Made by a program: the position numbers and the translations under genes. Below are positions 40,626 to 54,087 of a stretch of 64,000 nt of DNA, piece after piece (position 1 is the stretch's first letter; each line of letters starts with the position of its first letter). The stretch is from Octopus vulgaris (taxonomy: Eukaryota): positions 49,476,001 through 49,540,000 of the forward strand of contig OX597822.1 in assembly GCA_951406725.2 (NCBI GenBank). Direction: 5' to 3'. The notes under the pieces are model-generated. The model was not told where the DNA came from. It did not search any database and saw only the letters and a list, made by a program, of their open reading frames with translations.

Positions 40626-41152
40626 TCCTGGAATCGCTGTTCAGTTAATATTCATCATTGTTTGTTAATATTAAATGCACGTTCTGTTAACTATTGCTTT
40701 GTTATATTTTATCTTATGCTCTAATGTTTACTTTTTCAACTGTTGCATTGATTTGTCAGCGTATTACTAAGAATTAATGTCATTGCTTTAGCAACTGTGA
40801 ATATAAATATATTTTTCTGTTCAACATAAGTAATACTGAGATGTCATTGCTCTTAAATATTTACATATTGCTCGATTCTTGCTTCACTTCACTTCATTCT
40901 GTGTGTAATAATATTTGGTCGTATAACTGTAAGTTATATATTAACAAACAATACAATTCTTTCGTTCTATTTGCATGAAATGAATGGCAATATTATGAGT
41001 GAGATGGGCATAATTTTTTATTAGACGTAAATGTAAGTAGGATAACGATATTTTTGATGAGATTTTGTTTAGTAACGAACTGTATTAAAAATGCATTGAA
41101 GTATGAATATATGTATCTATATATATATGTATGTGTGTGTGTGTGTGCGTGC

Positions 41153-41186
<34 letters not shown>

Positions 41187-41188
41187 AC

Positions 41189-41260
<72 letters not shown>

Positions 41261-41312
41261 TTCGTTTTTGTATTACAAGATTCTTTATGCGAATTCGTAT
41301 GTTGAAGCATAA

Positions 41313-41561
41313 TTGTTTGGGCAGAGTCATTCTGTTTTAATGTCTCATTAATTAACAAACTCACCGGTTCGATTTCCACTCATTTGCTTATTTAGTTTTT
41401 CTAAAAGTTTCGTTGCTTCTTGCAACCTCTTCAAGAGTCGACTCTTGAAGAGGTTGCAAGAAGCAACGAAACTTTTAGAAAGAATAAATTAATAAATAAG
41501 TGGAAATCGAACCGGTGAGTATGTTAATGCATTAAAACAGAATGGCTCTCCCCAGACACAA
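41313..41561. repeat. Fold-back palindrome with a perfect spacerless 84-bp core containing a hammerhead-like motif
   Basis: 41398-41481 is perfect around gtc|gac; each arm reads TTGAAGA-ggttgc-aagaa-gcaac-GAAAC; the outer arms are diverged. Confidence 0.93.
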
Positions 41562-41647
<86 letters not shown>

Positions 41648-42582
41648 CATACATACATACAAAGCTCTCATAAATTACATACATATTTCAGTTAGAGTTT
41701 TGAGGTAATTATAGGTATGTCATAAGAAGTCAAGTTATATCGTTTGCGGAAAAAGTTTTTCCCTTAATGATTCTCTTTTTCAAAAGGTTTTTACTATAAA
41801 TTCTCTCGTAAATATGAAATTAAATTGAAGCTAGAACTAATAAGTTTATTATGATCGAGTAGCGAGAATCAATTATAGAAATCTACGTATGGAAGTTGAG
41901 AAAAAAGAACATTTTTACCTTTTCATCTGACTGCATAGTATATAACTTCAATGTTCCTGGGAAAATCGTTTTCTATCTAATCGAAATCTACTTTGTATGT
42001 GTTATGCTTCGTGGTAAATTATAAAAACAAATTACTTTGTTGTACTCCCTGAACATTTGGAAGTATGTGAAACGGTTTCATTTGTTTTAGGTATTTATAA
42101 AAGTCTTGATTAATTTCTCAGTCAAAATAAAATCTTTCTACCTACTGGAAATAGCAGCCAAATATCCTTCTAATATCATCGCACTATTTTAAAATCGAAT
42201 ATTTCAGTGGTCCTTGGTATTGTATGCCTGGGGAAAATTGGGTTGAAAGAAGTAAAATGCTTTTGATTGTAGCCATGCTCAATCAGAATTGAACAGGAGC
42301 CTAGCAAAAATAACATCATTCGAAAGATTAATCTCAATGGGGGTAATGTTCGTGGTGGCGTTATTAATGGTGACTGTTGCCAAAAATTTTTACTTTCAGC
42401 TGACGATTAACTTTTTAAATTTAGATTTCTTTGTCGGGTACAAAAGGTAAAGATGGATCGTTTCTAGTTACATATGTACCCAAGATCACATCTAAAAATG
42501 CCATTTGTCCGATTGCTTTGCAGTCCAGTACGGTCGCCCATCAATTCCTGTTCCACAGAGTTCAGTATGCTTTCTCTACATA

Positions 42583-42638
42583 TACTTTTCAGTGCTGTCT
42601 CGTCTCATGCTCATGAGACGAGACAGCACTGAAAAGTA
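42583..42638. repeat. Perfect hairpin; 27-bp arms, 2-nt spacer
   Basis: tacttttcagtgctgtctcgtctcatg-ct-catgagacgagacagcactgaaaagta. Confidence 0.95.
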
Positions 42639-43142
42639 AGGCACCCTCAGCTCGCTCTTCTACAAACTCCTCACTAGCCATGTTGCATCCACCACACCAA
42701 GCTTGCTTCAGTCAAAGAACACCGTGTTCTTTTCCCATCTGGCTCATGACGTTTCTGCTTTGTCGGGAACGTTACCCCTATCAGTCTCGGAGGGTCTGCA
42801 AAGTTACGGTCATTGCCGCTTCCACCAGAGCGAGTGGTTAAAGTGAAATTAAGAGAAAAATCTGTTAGCAAGAATCGGATTTTCATTCAAATCACGTTTA
42901 TGTACTTAAAACATTTAAGATTGTGGTAGATTTTTGTACTTTTCTCTCTGACTATATTCGAATGTCTCTTCACACGGAGTCTATCACTAATATCATATTA
43001 GATTAGTTTCGACAAGGTCAAATGTTCTCTTCAAAATAAAGTCGATGAATAAGACTTACTTGATTGTTGGTGAAACTAATCTCAAGTAAATGTTCTATCA
43101 ATTTACTTTTCTGTTGGAAGATATCACATACACACACACATA

Positions 43143-43196
<54 letters not shown>

Positions 43197-43864
43197 TGTG
43201 TCACTAAGACAACCGACACGTACTTAGGTATTGATTTTTGCCGTTGGCGGAAACTATGTATATTTTATTGTGAATCATATCGAAGCAGAACTCGATTATT
43301 ACTTTATTTTATTAAGTAAAGAAGAAATAAATGTAAATTAATTTTCGTCAAAATTTGAACACCTTACGTATACGTTTCAAAATACTATCCAGGTCGAAAC
43401 GAATATTCGGATCTCTCAACTTTAAATAATAAATAAGAAACTAATCTTTCAAATATTGTACATGGATAGCATTCATACTTTACCTAATGTATAAACATAT
43501 AAGCTGTTACAAATATTTATAAATACTTACCGTATCCACACACACACACACATATATATATACATTTGCACTAATATACAATTTCGCTTGCAAAGGCTAT
43601 ACCTTGTAAGGCGATTATCTTCAGCTTCTTGGAATTTACCATACATTAAACATACATTAGAAATAAGGTTTTAGCTAAAAGGCTGTCACAAGACAACCAT
43701 TGTAGTTGTGATTCCTATCAGACATCTTGTGCACATTGGGTTTACACTATTTTCAGGTTTTTAAACTGTTTCTTTTTTTGTTTCACAAACAATAATACCT
43801 GTTTTTCAAATATGTTGTTTCAGGTAATTTGAGAAATAATTGACGTATATTTTATACATATTTC

Positions 43865-44283
43865 TTTTACTTGTTTGAGTCACTGGACTACAGTCGTGCT
43901 GGGGCAACTAGTTGAAGAATTTTTAGTTGAATTAATCAACCCCAGTACTTATTTTTTTTGTTTGAAGCCTGGTGCTTATTTTATGGATCTGTTTTGTCGA
44001 ACTACTAATTTACTGGACGTAAACACATCAACACCGTTTACCAAGCCTGGTGGTGGACAAACACTGGCACAAAGTAAAACACACACACACACACAAATAC
44101 ACGCACCCGCCGTACACACATGTGACGGACTTTCAGATTCCGTCTACCAAATTCACTCACAAAGCTTTAGTGGGCCCGAGGGTATAGTAGAAGTCATCTG
44201 TCCATTGTGCAACGCAGTTGGATTGAACTGAGAACTATGTGGTTGGGAAGCAGGCTTCATACTAGACAGCCACGCCTGCACCT
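43865..44283 (-). mobile_element. CORE-type SINE family B, diverged
   Basis: Homologous to 22319-22695 along its length. Confidence 0.85.
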
Positions 44284-45353
44284 ATATATTTTGGAATAAT
44301 AATTCAAGCGGCGTTATTTTTTATTCGTTTATTTTTTTTTACCTGCGAAATCAGCAGAAAGTGGGAGGCCTCAAAACTGTTGACATTGTTGAATGTTTAC
44401 GGTAGTGGATCTCTGTTATTCGACGATGAGGATTCAGCTGTTCGTCAGATTAATTACCTGCTCATTAATTAACATGCAAATGGCTGAGTAATTCACAGAC
44501 ACATGTACCCTTAATGTAATTTTCTGGTTGAATCACTGTCATAGTGTGTAGCAAAATTATGCTTTGAATTGCAAATACAATCCACTCGACGCACTTCGAT
44601 ACACTCACCTTCTATCCAATTTCAGTCATAAGATACGGGTCGATACGAGGCAAAAGAAAATAACATTTGGAACCTTAGGACCTCGTGGTTGCAAAGGGAA
44701 TTCGTTGATCATTTGGCCACATTACACCTATGAAAATATCATGAAAGATTCATGATTTGAAAACAATTATCTGAACAAACGAAAGCTTCTCTATGTTGTT
44801 AGTCTGCTAAAAATAGCAGCCAATTCTCATTGAAATATATCATAAATACATGAAATTCAATGATCAGAGCTAGCATAGTTCTAAATAGCAACGTGAGTTA
44901 TTTCTATATATATATATATACTCCTACTATATACAAATGAATCACCAGCATGCTTCTAACCATGGCTGATTCCAAAAAACTAAAGAACTAATGAATTATA
45001 CACAATTACAAAAATCGAATAATCAGTATAACCCAATTTAGACTGGAAATAAAATTATATCGACTTAAGAAACAATGCATCAACGTTTCAATTACTATTT
45101 TCATTTGCTTATATATTTACATACATCTGTAAGGTAACTGGCAAAATATTTCACAGTTGCTATAAAAATGGAGCCGACAGTTATATGTGCTTCACTTCTT
45201 AGTAAATTATTCTATTAGACGTCTTTTACACACGACAATCAACCATACATTTCTTTCTGCTTGTCTAGTTTACTATCTGAATGATCCATCATTTTAGAAA
45301 TCGGTGAAGATGAGACGAAAAACTCCATCACAATTCTCTGTTTCTCTCTCACC

Positions 45354-45408
<55 letters not shown>

Positions 45409-46428
45409 CATTATATTTACGCACACATACACACACATGTACATATGCATATCTTTGTATATTTGTGTATATGCAGATGTACGTGTATGTATACATACAC
45501 AAACACACATACACATATCTGTATAATCGTATAGATATCTGTGTGCACATGTAATTTAAAATCATATTTGTCATTTGTATGTAAATTCATGTGTATCCCT
45601 ACGTATGCATGCACAGACACATACATACGCACATATATCATCATATATATCATCATAGGTACAAATTTGAATCAGGTCACTTGGTATAATGCCTAATCAT
45701 ACAAGTTACTTTGAAGTATGAGGTCTTAGTCCTAGCTTTCCACACAGAAGCCGTAGTGTTAAGACTAAAAGTATATAAGTAAATGCTGGGTCTAACCGCT
45801 CCCTTAGCTATGAGAAAGTATTAACTGCAAACTAAGACGTGCTTCTACATGCTAGAAACATGTCTTTAAAAAGCATGGCATCTTTAAAAAGTCGTCTTTT
45901 GTAAGTTGTTACTTTCTGGATTGTAGGAGTATGCTTACAGTAAGCCCCGGTCACCACTGTCATCAGCTGATTTCTGGGGAGGGGCTACAGCATCGTGAAA
46001 TTTGAAAAAGTCTATGTGAGCCTGACAGAAGTGGAAAGTATCTTCAGTTTATCTCTGATAGTAATAAGTTTGTCACTCGTTACGGTGATATCCGATCGAA
46101 ACGATTGACTAAACAATGTTTCGGAATACATGAAATGCACACGCATGTAGACTTTATACATAATTTTCTTATTAGCCTCAAGGATTCTAAGACAGAACAC
46201 AACAAAGTACAAGGCATAGCACAGAAGGTGAGTGCATAAGAAATATGTCAAAATTACAAAAAAACAAGAGAAATAAGCAAGTCGTCAGCAAGGAGCGAGC
46301 CTACATAGAGCTAAACAACGAGTTCACAGATCTTGTATTCGCTTGAATACTAAAGGCGTCTCCGATTAGTTCTTATACAAATCTGCGCATGTGCCCTCGT
46401 CGTCGTCCTGCTCCTCCTCATCATCAAA

Positions 46429-46537
46429 TGTGATGGACTGGCGTCCCGTCCAGCTGGGGAACACATACGCCATAGAAACCGGGAAACCGGGCCCATGAGC
46501 CTGGCCTGGCTTTAAAAGGGCGTGTTTATTTTATTAT

Positions 46538-46571
<34 letters not shown>

Positions 46572-46576
46572 ATATT

Positions 46577-46619
<43 letters not shown>

Positions 46620-46698
46620 CTGTGTGTGTGTACGTGCGTGCGTGTGTGTGTATACGTATATACTCTTACTCTTTACTCTTCTACATCTTTCAGTCATT
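46429..46698 (+). repeat. Local duplicate of 49806-50111 (SINE D tail + microsatellites + SINE B tail)
   Basis: Same junctions and same microsatellite order in both copies. Confidence 0.85.
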
Positions 46699-46893
46699 GC
46701 TTTAATTTTTATGTCTGGAGATCTGAAACCATAGATGCTGACCTATTAATCTTCGATACGACTCAAGAAATAAGATCAACTTCCTTTCTGGATCTAGAGA
46801 TTTGAAAAGTGTGTTACACTGCAATATTTGTTACCCAATGTGACCGTGGCCGTGTGTCTCTCTTTGTCTGTATGTCTGTCTGTCTGTCTGTCA

Positions 46894-46924
<31 letters not shown>

Positions 46925-47124
46925 TCTTTCTCTCTCTCTGGGCATGTTTCTGAGGGTACGCTCAGAATTGTGACTAAACTTCTTGCTTAAAGTCTAAATG
47001 AACTTCATTTAAATAACCTTAGCAGAGTTTTATAAAGAAAATTGAAAGATATATTTTAAAGGGTATTGGAATATTTCATTTCTTTCAATTTTTATTTTCG
47101 GTCATATTTTGTCGAATGGATGTG

Positions 47125-47511
47125 TGGAAGCACTCCGTCGGTTATGACGACGAGTGTTCCGGTTGATCAGAATCAACGGAACAGCCTGCTCGTGAAATTA
47201 ACGTGTAAGTGGCTGAGCACTCCACAGACACGTGCACCCTTAACGTAGTTCTCGGGGATATTCAGCGTGACACAGAGAGTGAGAAGGCCGGCCCCTTGAA
47301 ATACAGGTACAACAGAAACAGGAAGTAAGAGTGAGAGAAAGTTGTGGTGAAAGAGTACAGCAGGGATCACCACCATCCCTGCCGGAGCCTCGTGGAGCTT
47401 TTTAGGTGTTTTCGCTCAATAAACACTCACAACGCCCGGTCTGGGAATCGAAACCGCGATCCTATGACCGCGAGTCCGCTGCCCTAACCACTGGGCCATT
47501 GCGCCTCCACA
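47125..47511 (-). mobile_element. tRNA-derived SINE family C, full length
   Basis: Minus-strand head tgtggaggcgcaatggcccagtggttagggcagcgg...ggtttcgattccc (A and B boxes). Confidence 0.9.
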
Positions 47512-47995
47512 CTATGTCGAATAGGCAGTGGCTGTTATTATTCTGTAATCTTTTGTCAACGTTGATCGAATACACCTGTGACCAAAGCCATGACTACTCT
47601 GCATCCGAAAAATTCCATGAATACATTTTCTTTTTTAAAAGATATGTGGTTTGAAGTGACTTACCTCTCCTTTGTAGCTGTCCGAGCGATTAGTTATACT
47701 TTTCTCATTACTTCGGCTAGTAAGATACGGAGGGCACTCAGTTCAACCTACACAAGGAATTTACTGAATCGCTCTTTTTTTTTTTCATTAATCATACAAA
47801 CATCATTAGATCTTTTATGCCGAGAAGTTTTGGTAGTCGTTTGGCGAAAGATCAATATGTGAGTAAATATTGTGGATTGATTACGGGTCTTTGTTTTCAA
47901 TGACATCATAATAATGTTTTCGATGACGTAATGGTATTTTCTGCTATTAAGTTGGTGTAATAATATAATATGCTATACTCTCTCTCACTCATTCA

Positions 47996-48032
<37 letters not shown>

Positions 48033-48275
48033 TCTCTCTCTTTCACAAACATTTTTAATGTATTAACAAGTATTAATAATAGTAATTTTTTTATTGATAT
48101 AGCTTTTGTTAGATTTCTTCAGTTATCAAGAATCCATTTCGAATTGTAACATTTAGTTATATGCACAAATTCTGTAATGCCTTTAGAAAAACGGATATTA
48201 ATTCAACATGATTAGAAACAGTATATATTAGGCAATAAAAGCACATCTAATATATGTGTCGTCTTCATGTTTGTG

Positions 48276-48313
<38 letters not shown>

Positions 48314-48357
48314 CTTTATTTAAAGCAGCAGAAAATTCTACAAAACCTGTTACTCTG

Positions 48358-48713
48358 AGTTTCCGTCTACAAAATCCACTCACAAGGCTTCGGTAAGACA
48401 CGGGTAAAATACTATTTCGTCCGTTTTCACGTTCTGAGTTCAAATTCCGACAGGGGGTCGACTTTGCTCTTCATCCTTTTGCGGTCGAAAAATGATTACC
48501 AGTTTAGCACTGGAGTCCATGTAATCGACAAATCCTCTCACCCGAAATCGCATTGACTCCAGTGCTAAACTGGTACTCATTTTTCGACCGCAAAAGAATG
48601 AAGGGCAAAGTCGACCCCCGTCGGAATTTGAACTCAGAACATGAAAACGGACGAAATGGTATTTTACCCGTGTGTTACCGAAGCCTTGTGAGTGGATTTG
48701 GTAGACGGAAACT
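48358..48713. repeat. Inverted duplication of a SINE B/SINE A chimeric junction; ~165-bp arms
   Basis: 48358-~48520 pairs with ~48553-48713; both arms share the junction aaggcttcggtaa(g/c)acacgggtaaaat. Confidence 0.9.
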
Positions 48714-48968
48714 GAAAGAAGCCTGTCGTATATATGTATATATATACATGTATGCGTGTATATGCTTGTGTGTCTGTGTTTGTCCCCCCCAACATCGCTT
48801 GACAACCGATGCTGTTGTGTTTACATCCCCGTAACTTAGCGGTTCGGCAAAAGAGACCGATAGAATAAGTACTAGGCTTACAAAGCATATGTCCTGGGGT
48901 CGATATCCTCGTCTAAAGGCGGTGCTGCAGCATGGCTGTAAGTCAAATGACTGAAACAAGTAAAAGAG
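48680..48968 (+). mobile_element. CORE-type SINE family B, 5'-truncated
   Basis: aagccttgtgagtggatttggtagacggaaactgaaagaagc through to gactgaaacaagtaaaaga. Confidence 0.88.
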
Positions 48969-49611
48969 GAAACAGTATATATATATATTTATATATATAT
49001 ATATATATATATAATTTATACATGCATAATATGCACACATATGTACGTATGTATGTATGTATGTATGTATGTATGTATGTATGTATGTATGTATGTATGT
49101 ATGCATGCATGTATGTAAATAATATTAATAATGATAAGGAGAATGGATGTGTTCCACATTCATAAATTTTATTTAACAGTTATTCACAGCATATTATCCG
49201 GACCTACTGTGTTTCAACCGCAGCGATTGCACACTTGTACCACAGCCGATTCAGTTTCCTCAAGCTTCATCAATCTACACCGTTTCGAAGTAAACTGAAG
49301 GAATCAATAAACTGAATGAACAAAGTGCCCGTTTGTTGCTGTTAAGTTGGTGGTAGGGGTTCTACTATTAATAGTCGAAGGAATCTCGACCTATGGTTGA
49401 CCTCTACTATCATTGTAGATGAAGCGAAACACGGTCTTAAAATAGGTCATAGTCGGATTAAGCTTTTATGTAGATTTCTCATTAATTCTAATAGTTCGTT
49501 GTTCCATTTGTTGCATAAACTACATTATTAGTGTGGAGAATTTTTAAGTTTGATTAACTTTTGGGGGCCTTAGTTACTCAATTATTTCTATCATAATTAT
49601 CATTATATGTA

Positions 49612-49653
<42 letters not shown>

Positions 49654-49656
<3 letters not shown>

Positions 49657-49900
49657 GGAGGCGCGAAGCTTAGTGGTTAGGGTGTCAGCATCATGATCGT
49701 TAGATTATGGTTTCGATTCAGGGACCGGTCGACGCGTTGTGTTCTTGTGAAATCACTTCATTTCACGTTGCTCCAGTCCACTTAACTGGCAAAAATCAAT
49801 AACGCTGTGATGGACTGGCGTCCCGTCCAGTTGGGGAACACATACGCCATAGGAACCGGGAAACCGAGCCCATGAGCCTGGCCAGGCTTTAAAAGGGCAC
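49654..49900 (+). mobile_element. tRNA-derived SINE family D (CORE-like)
   Basis: tgtggaggcgcg..agtggttagggtg..ggtttcgattc head and ttgtgttcttg..cactt CORE-like segment. Confidence 0.8.
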
Positions 49901-49929
49901 ATTTATTTTATTATTTATATATATGTATG

Positions 49930-50048
<119 letters not shown>

Positions 50049-50084
50049 ACGTGCGTGTGTGTGTATACGTATATACTCTTACTC

Positions 50085-50469
50085 TTAACTCTTTTACATG
50101 TTTCAGTCATTTGACTGCGGCCATGCTGGAGCACCGCCTTTAGTCGAGCAAATCGACCCCGGGACGTATTCTTTGTAAGCCCAGTACTTCTTCTATCGGT
50201 CACTTTTGCCGAACCGCTAAGTGACGGGGACGTAAACACACCAGCATCGGTTGTCAAGCAATGCTAGGGGGACAAACACAGACACACAAACACATACACA
50301 TACATACATATACATATATACACATATATACGACAGGCTTCTTTCAGTTTCCGTCTACCAAATCCACTCACGAGGCATTGGTCGGCCCGGGGCTACAGCA
50401 GAAGACACTTGCCGAAGATGCCACGCAGTAGGACTGAACCTGGAACCATGTGGTTGGTTAGCAAGCTAT
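50085..50469 (-). mobile_element. CORE-type SINE family B
   Basis: High similarity to 22319-22695. Confidence 0.9.
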
Positions 50470-50602
50470 GTATCTATCAGTCTATCTATCTATATACTTC
50501 ATTCCACCTATATATATTTAATTCTGTGACAGATACCTCTCAAAAGCGCAGGGTTAAGCAATAGGACTGTTACCTAATACTCCGTTGAACTCCTAGTACG
50601 AA

Positions 50603-50654
<52 letters not shown>

Positions 50655-50660
<6 letters not shown>

Positions 50661-51239
50661 AATCTCTGAACGAGATATAAACAGTAACCGCTCGACAACG
50701 TAAGGGGTATCAGCCATCTGAATGTGGCTAGCCACTGGAGTGGGTGGTGGTGGGGTGTTACTGATGCTTTTAGCCCCAGGCGATCAACGTCACCAGAAGG
50801 ACTTTAGACACTATCTCAGTGTCCTTGTGTTACTTGCAAAGGGAGGTCATCCTCCCTCGAAGACCCGAGTACTACATACGGATAATTGTCGAGCAGTTAC
50901 TGTTTATATCTCGTTCAGAGATTTATTATTGTTTTCAGACAGTTGTTCTACATCAGTGACAGTGGTTACTGTGAAAAACATTATATATTACTTGCGAGGG
51001 GACTCCTTCATCGAAGACCGGTGCTTACCATTCGTTGACGAGAGGCAATTACCTTGAAACTATAGTCCGTATGTAGTACTCGGGTCTTCGAGGGAGGATG
51101 ACCTCCTTTGCAAGTAACACAAGGGCACTGAGATAGTGTCTAAAGTCCTTCTGGTGACGTTGATCGCCTGGGGCTAAAAGCATCAGTAACACCCCCCCCC
51201 AGTGGCTAGCCACATTCAGATGGCTGATACCCTTACGTT
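50655..51239. repeat. ~350-bp structured element: one + monomer (50886-51239) head-to-head with a permuted partial - copy (50655-50882), inside (TA)n
   Basis: 50697-50882 is the inverse of 51065-51239; 50655-50698 is the inverse of 50886-50929. Confidence 0.9.
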
Positions 51240-52134
51240 ATATATATATATATATATATTGGCATGTGAACCACTAAGTGTGAAAGATCCTTAGTTCTTG
51301 TTAGAAGTATCACGTAGGAGAAGGTAAGCTCGTATGAAAAGAAAAACAAAAGCAACATAAAAACCAAAAGGTAAGTGCAGTTGGTTTCTGGCCGTCCCCA
51401 CTTATGATGTACCACTCGCTTTGTAGCTGATTGCGCTGAAAAGTGTGTTCAACGCTATGCATCACTTGATCCACTGAAATATTCATGGCCTTTCGGAATA
51501 TTTACATGGACTTACTAAGTAAGAGGTGGACTTTATTGGGGAAAGGGGCTGCGTCTGTTGCCTTCTCACGTATCGAATCATTATCAGATACATGCCAGAA
51601 ACTTACGGATTATTAAATTAATAAAATGGAAGCTATAGTAAATACTGGGACCGGACGCTTAAGTACTTATTTTTACCTCAGCCTATCGGTAAACTAACTT
51701 GAATAATATCTGTAGTGGCCCTTTCTATTTTTCAATATAAAAAATACTGAACGAAATGGTTAAGTTAAAACGTGTTGAATGTTTGGTAGTTATTATATTC
51801 AATCGTTATGAAATGAAAAGCGAACATAACATATTAGAAACAAGAAAAATAAATCGGCCTAAAGCAAAGAACACTGAAATGTTCAAAAAAGAATTATTCT
51901 TTTAGTGATTTAAGATTTTCTGCAATGTAATTTGGTTCACAGCGATAAGAGATTTAACAAAGCGCTTAGAAGGAAAACACATAAAAGATATAGCAACAAC
52001 AGTGTATATTTGGAATGATGCCTTGTAATCTGGGAATATTTTTAGTAAGCCAGCACTTACCGTGAGAAATACAGAATGGAGAAAATGTGTTAACTGTTGT
52101 ATGAAATGACAGATACAAAGTTAAGTTCTCTTTA

Positions 52135-52515
52135 TGTGTTTCATTTGTGTCAGTCATTGGATTGCAGCCATATCAGTGCATCGCTTACAATGGCCCCAGT
52201 ATTTATTAATTTTTTTAAAGCTTGGTACTTTTGCTGTCAGTCTCTGCCATGTTACGGAAATATGAGTAAACTAACATCAGCTGTCAAGCGGTGGGGGTGA
52301 ACAAGCACAAACACACAGATACATATAGATACACATATTTACGCACATGCATTTATATATAAACGTACACACACATGTATACGACGGGCGTCCACAATTT
52401 CCGTCTTCCAACAAGTTATTGGTCGGCTCTGGCCTTTTGTAGAAGACAGTTGCTGAAGGTACCGTGCAGTGGAAGTGAATCCAAAACCAATAAACGTCTT
52501 AACCTTAGCCATGCT
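52135..52515 (-). mobile_element. CORE-type SINE family B, old copy
   Basis: Diverged homology to family B. Confidence 0.7.
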
Positions 52516-52661
52516 TTACATTTTTGAAACATCTGATTCTACCCCCCCCCCCCCAACACCCCAGTTGTATGCGTTCTTTTGCGTCCATGTTTATTTATGA
52601 CTTTCACCAATGCACTCAAACACATTGTGAAATATATCTAAATAAATATTACATATAAGAA

Positions 52662-54060
52662 TATTGTTGTAACTGTTACTGTTATTGTAAATTCGGCCCA
52701 CTAGATTCCAGCAAGGGAAAAAAGAACTCCCACTTTGATAAGCTTTATAACAATTGATAAAAACAAAACTGTTTGTCGGAAAAAAAAATCCCGAATGGAA
52801 ACGCACACATGAAAGAGAGTCTAACATCCAGGGACGCAACAGATTAAACCCCACGTTCATGTCCTAAAATATGTTGGTCATCTTATCGCTAACATCTTCC
52901 CTCTCAACAAAAGATTGAACCCTAATATCATAGGACTTTTTGTACGGATCTAAAATGATCCCGTATATCTTCTGGCGTACTCTCGTAGAACTTCCTTGAG
53001 TTTTGACTTGGGAAATCATTCTTTCGAGTATATTCTTGTAAATTGAATTCTTCCAGCTGAATGTCCAAGAGTATATCGCTTCTTCGATCTCTGTTATTCG
53101 GAATTATTTCCCTTTTTCTTAGTTGATTAACGTGTGTTGACCAAATTTGATTATCTACTTGAATTTCATAAATACCATTTCTAGTGTCGCTTTTTAACTG
53201 TACCAGGCGGCTACATTAAACTTTTCTTCTTAAATTGCTGTGCCAATACTGGCTGTCCAGGACGGAGGTGTCTCATGTACCTTTTGTACTGATGGTTTAA
53301 ATCTCGTTTTACTTCTTTTCTACGCTTATGTGGCAAAATATTCTTGGAGCATTTCAGTCCAACATGGATGAAAGGTAAAATCTACCTCGCCGGAAGATAA
53401 AGATAAATGAAATGCCGCTAAGCTTTTTGATTGTCTGTGCTAACTCTTCTTTTTCTCACTGTTAGGCCAGTACATACGATTTAGTACATACGATTTATAC
53501 CTTGGTGGCCCATATATAATTGTTTTAAAACTAGATTTCGTAATTTCTTTAGAAATAACAACTTTCTCACCAAACATACAGCAATTATTTACTGGTGATA
53601 AAACCTCTCGCTTTTGGAAAATTTCTTTCAGATCTTTTGAATGGAGTTTTCTTGGCCAACCTATTCGTCGATATCTACAAACTAAATGCAAGGTGGAATC
53701 TTTCTTTGTTGATACTTGAACAGTATCTGTCAAAACGGGAACCGCATCTATAAGCGGTAAATGAAACATTGTGCACACAATTTTCCACACAGATGGAAGC
53801 GATAACAGCATCTTCGTCGTCTAACTTTTCATTCACCAGGAGATGCGATATTGCATCTGCTTTATCAAATTGACTCGTTGACTTGTATTTGAGTTGAAAG
53901 TTATAGCTCAGTAATATCTTTGTAAACAATTTGGTCTGTCTGTAAACTGGAATGATCTTTTTCGAGCCAAAACTAGATACAAAGGGGTTTATGGTCAGCA
54001 AAGTTCTTCAAATCAATACATGCGGTAATGCATACTTTTCAGTTTGGCCGTTGTTAACTT
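52662..54060 (-). mobile_element. Gypsy (K02A2.6-like) remnant: RNase H end, integrase pieces, PPT and probable 3' LTR
   Basis: LLSYNFQLKYKSTSQFDKADAISHL, GWP..LSPVNNCCMFGEKVVIS, YWPN, PGQPVLA..HVNQLRKR; PPT gagagggaaga followed by TGTTAGCG at 52894. Confidence 0.8.
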
Positions 54061-54087
54061 TTGCAAATACTGATATATTTTCGGGCT

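Noticed and set aside
47440-47511. tRNA-like sequence (also 49654, 56510, 22630)
   Set aside because: These are SINE heads continuous with SINE bodies; no complete cloverleaf.
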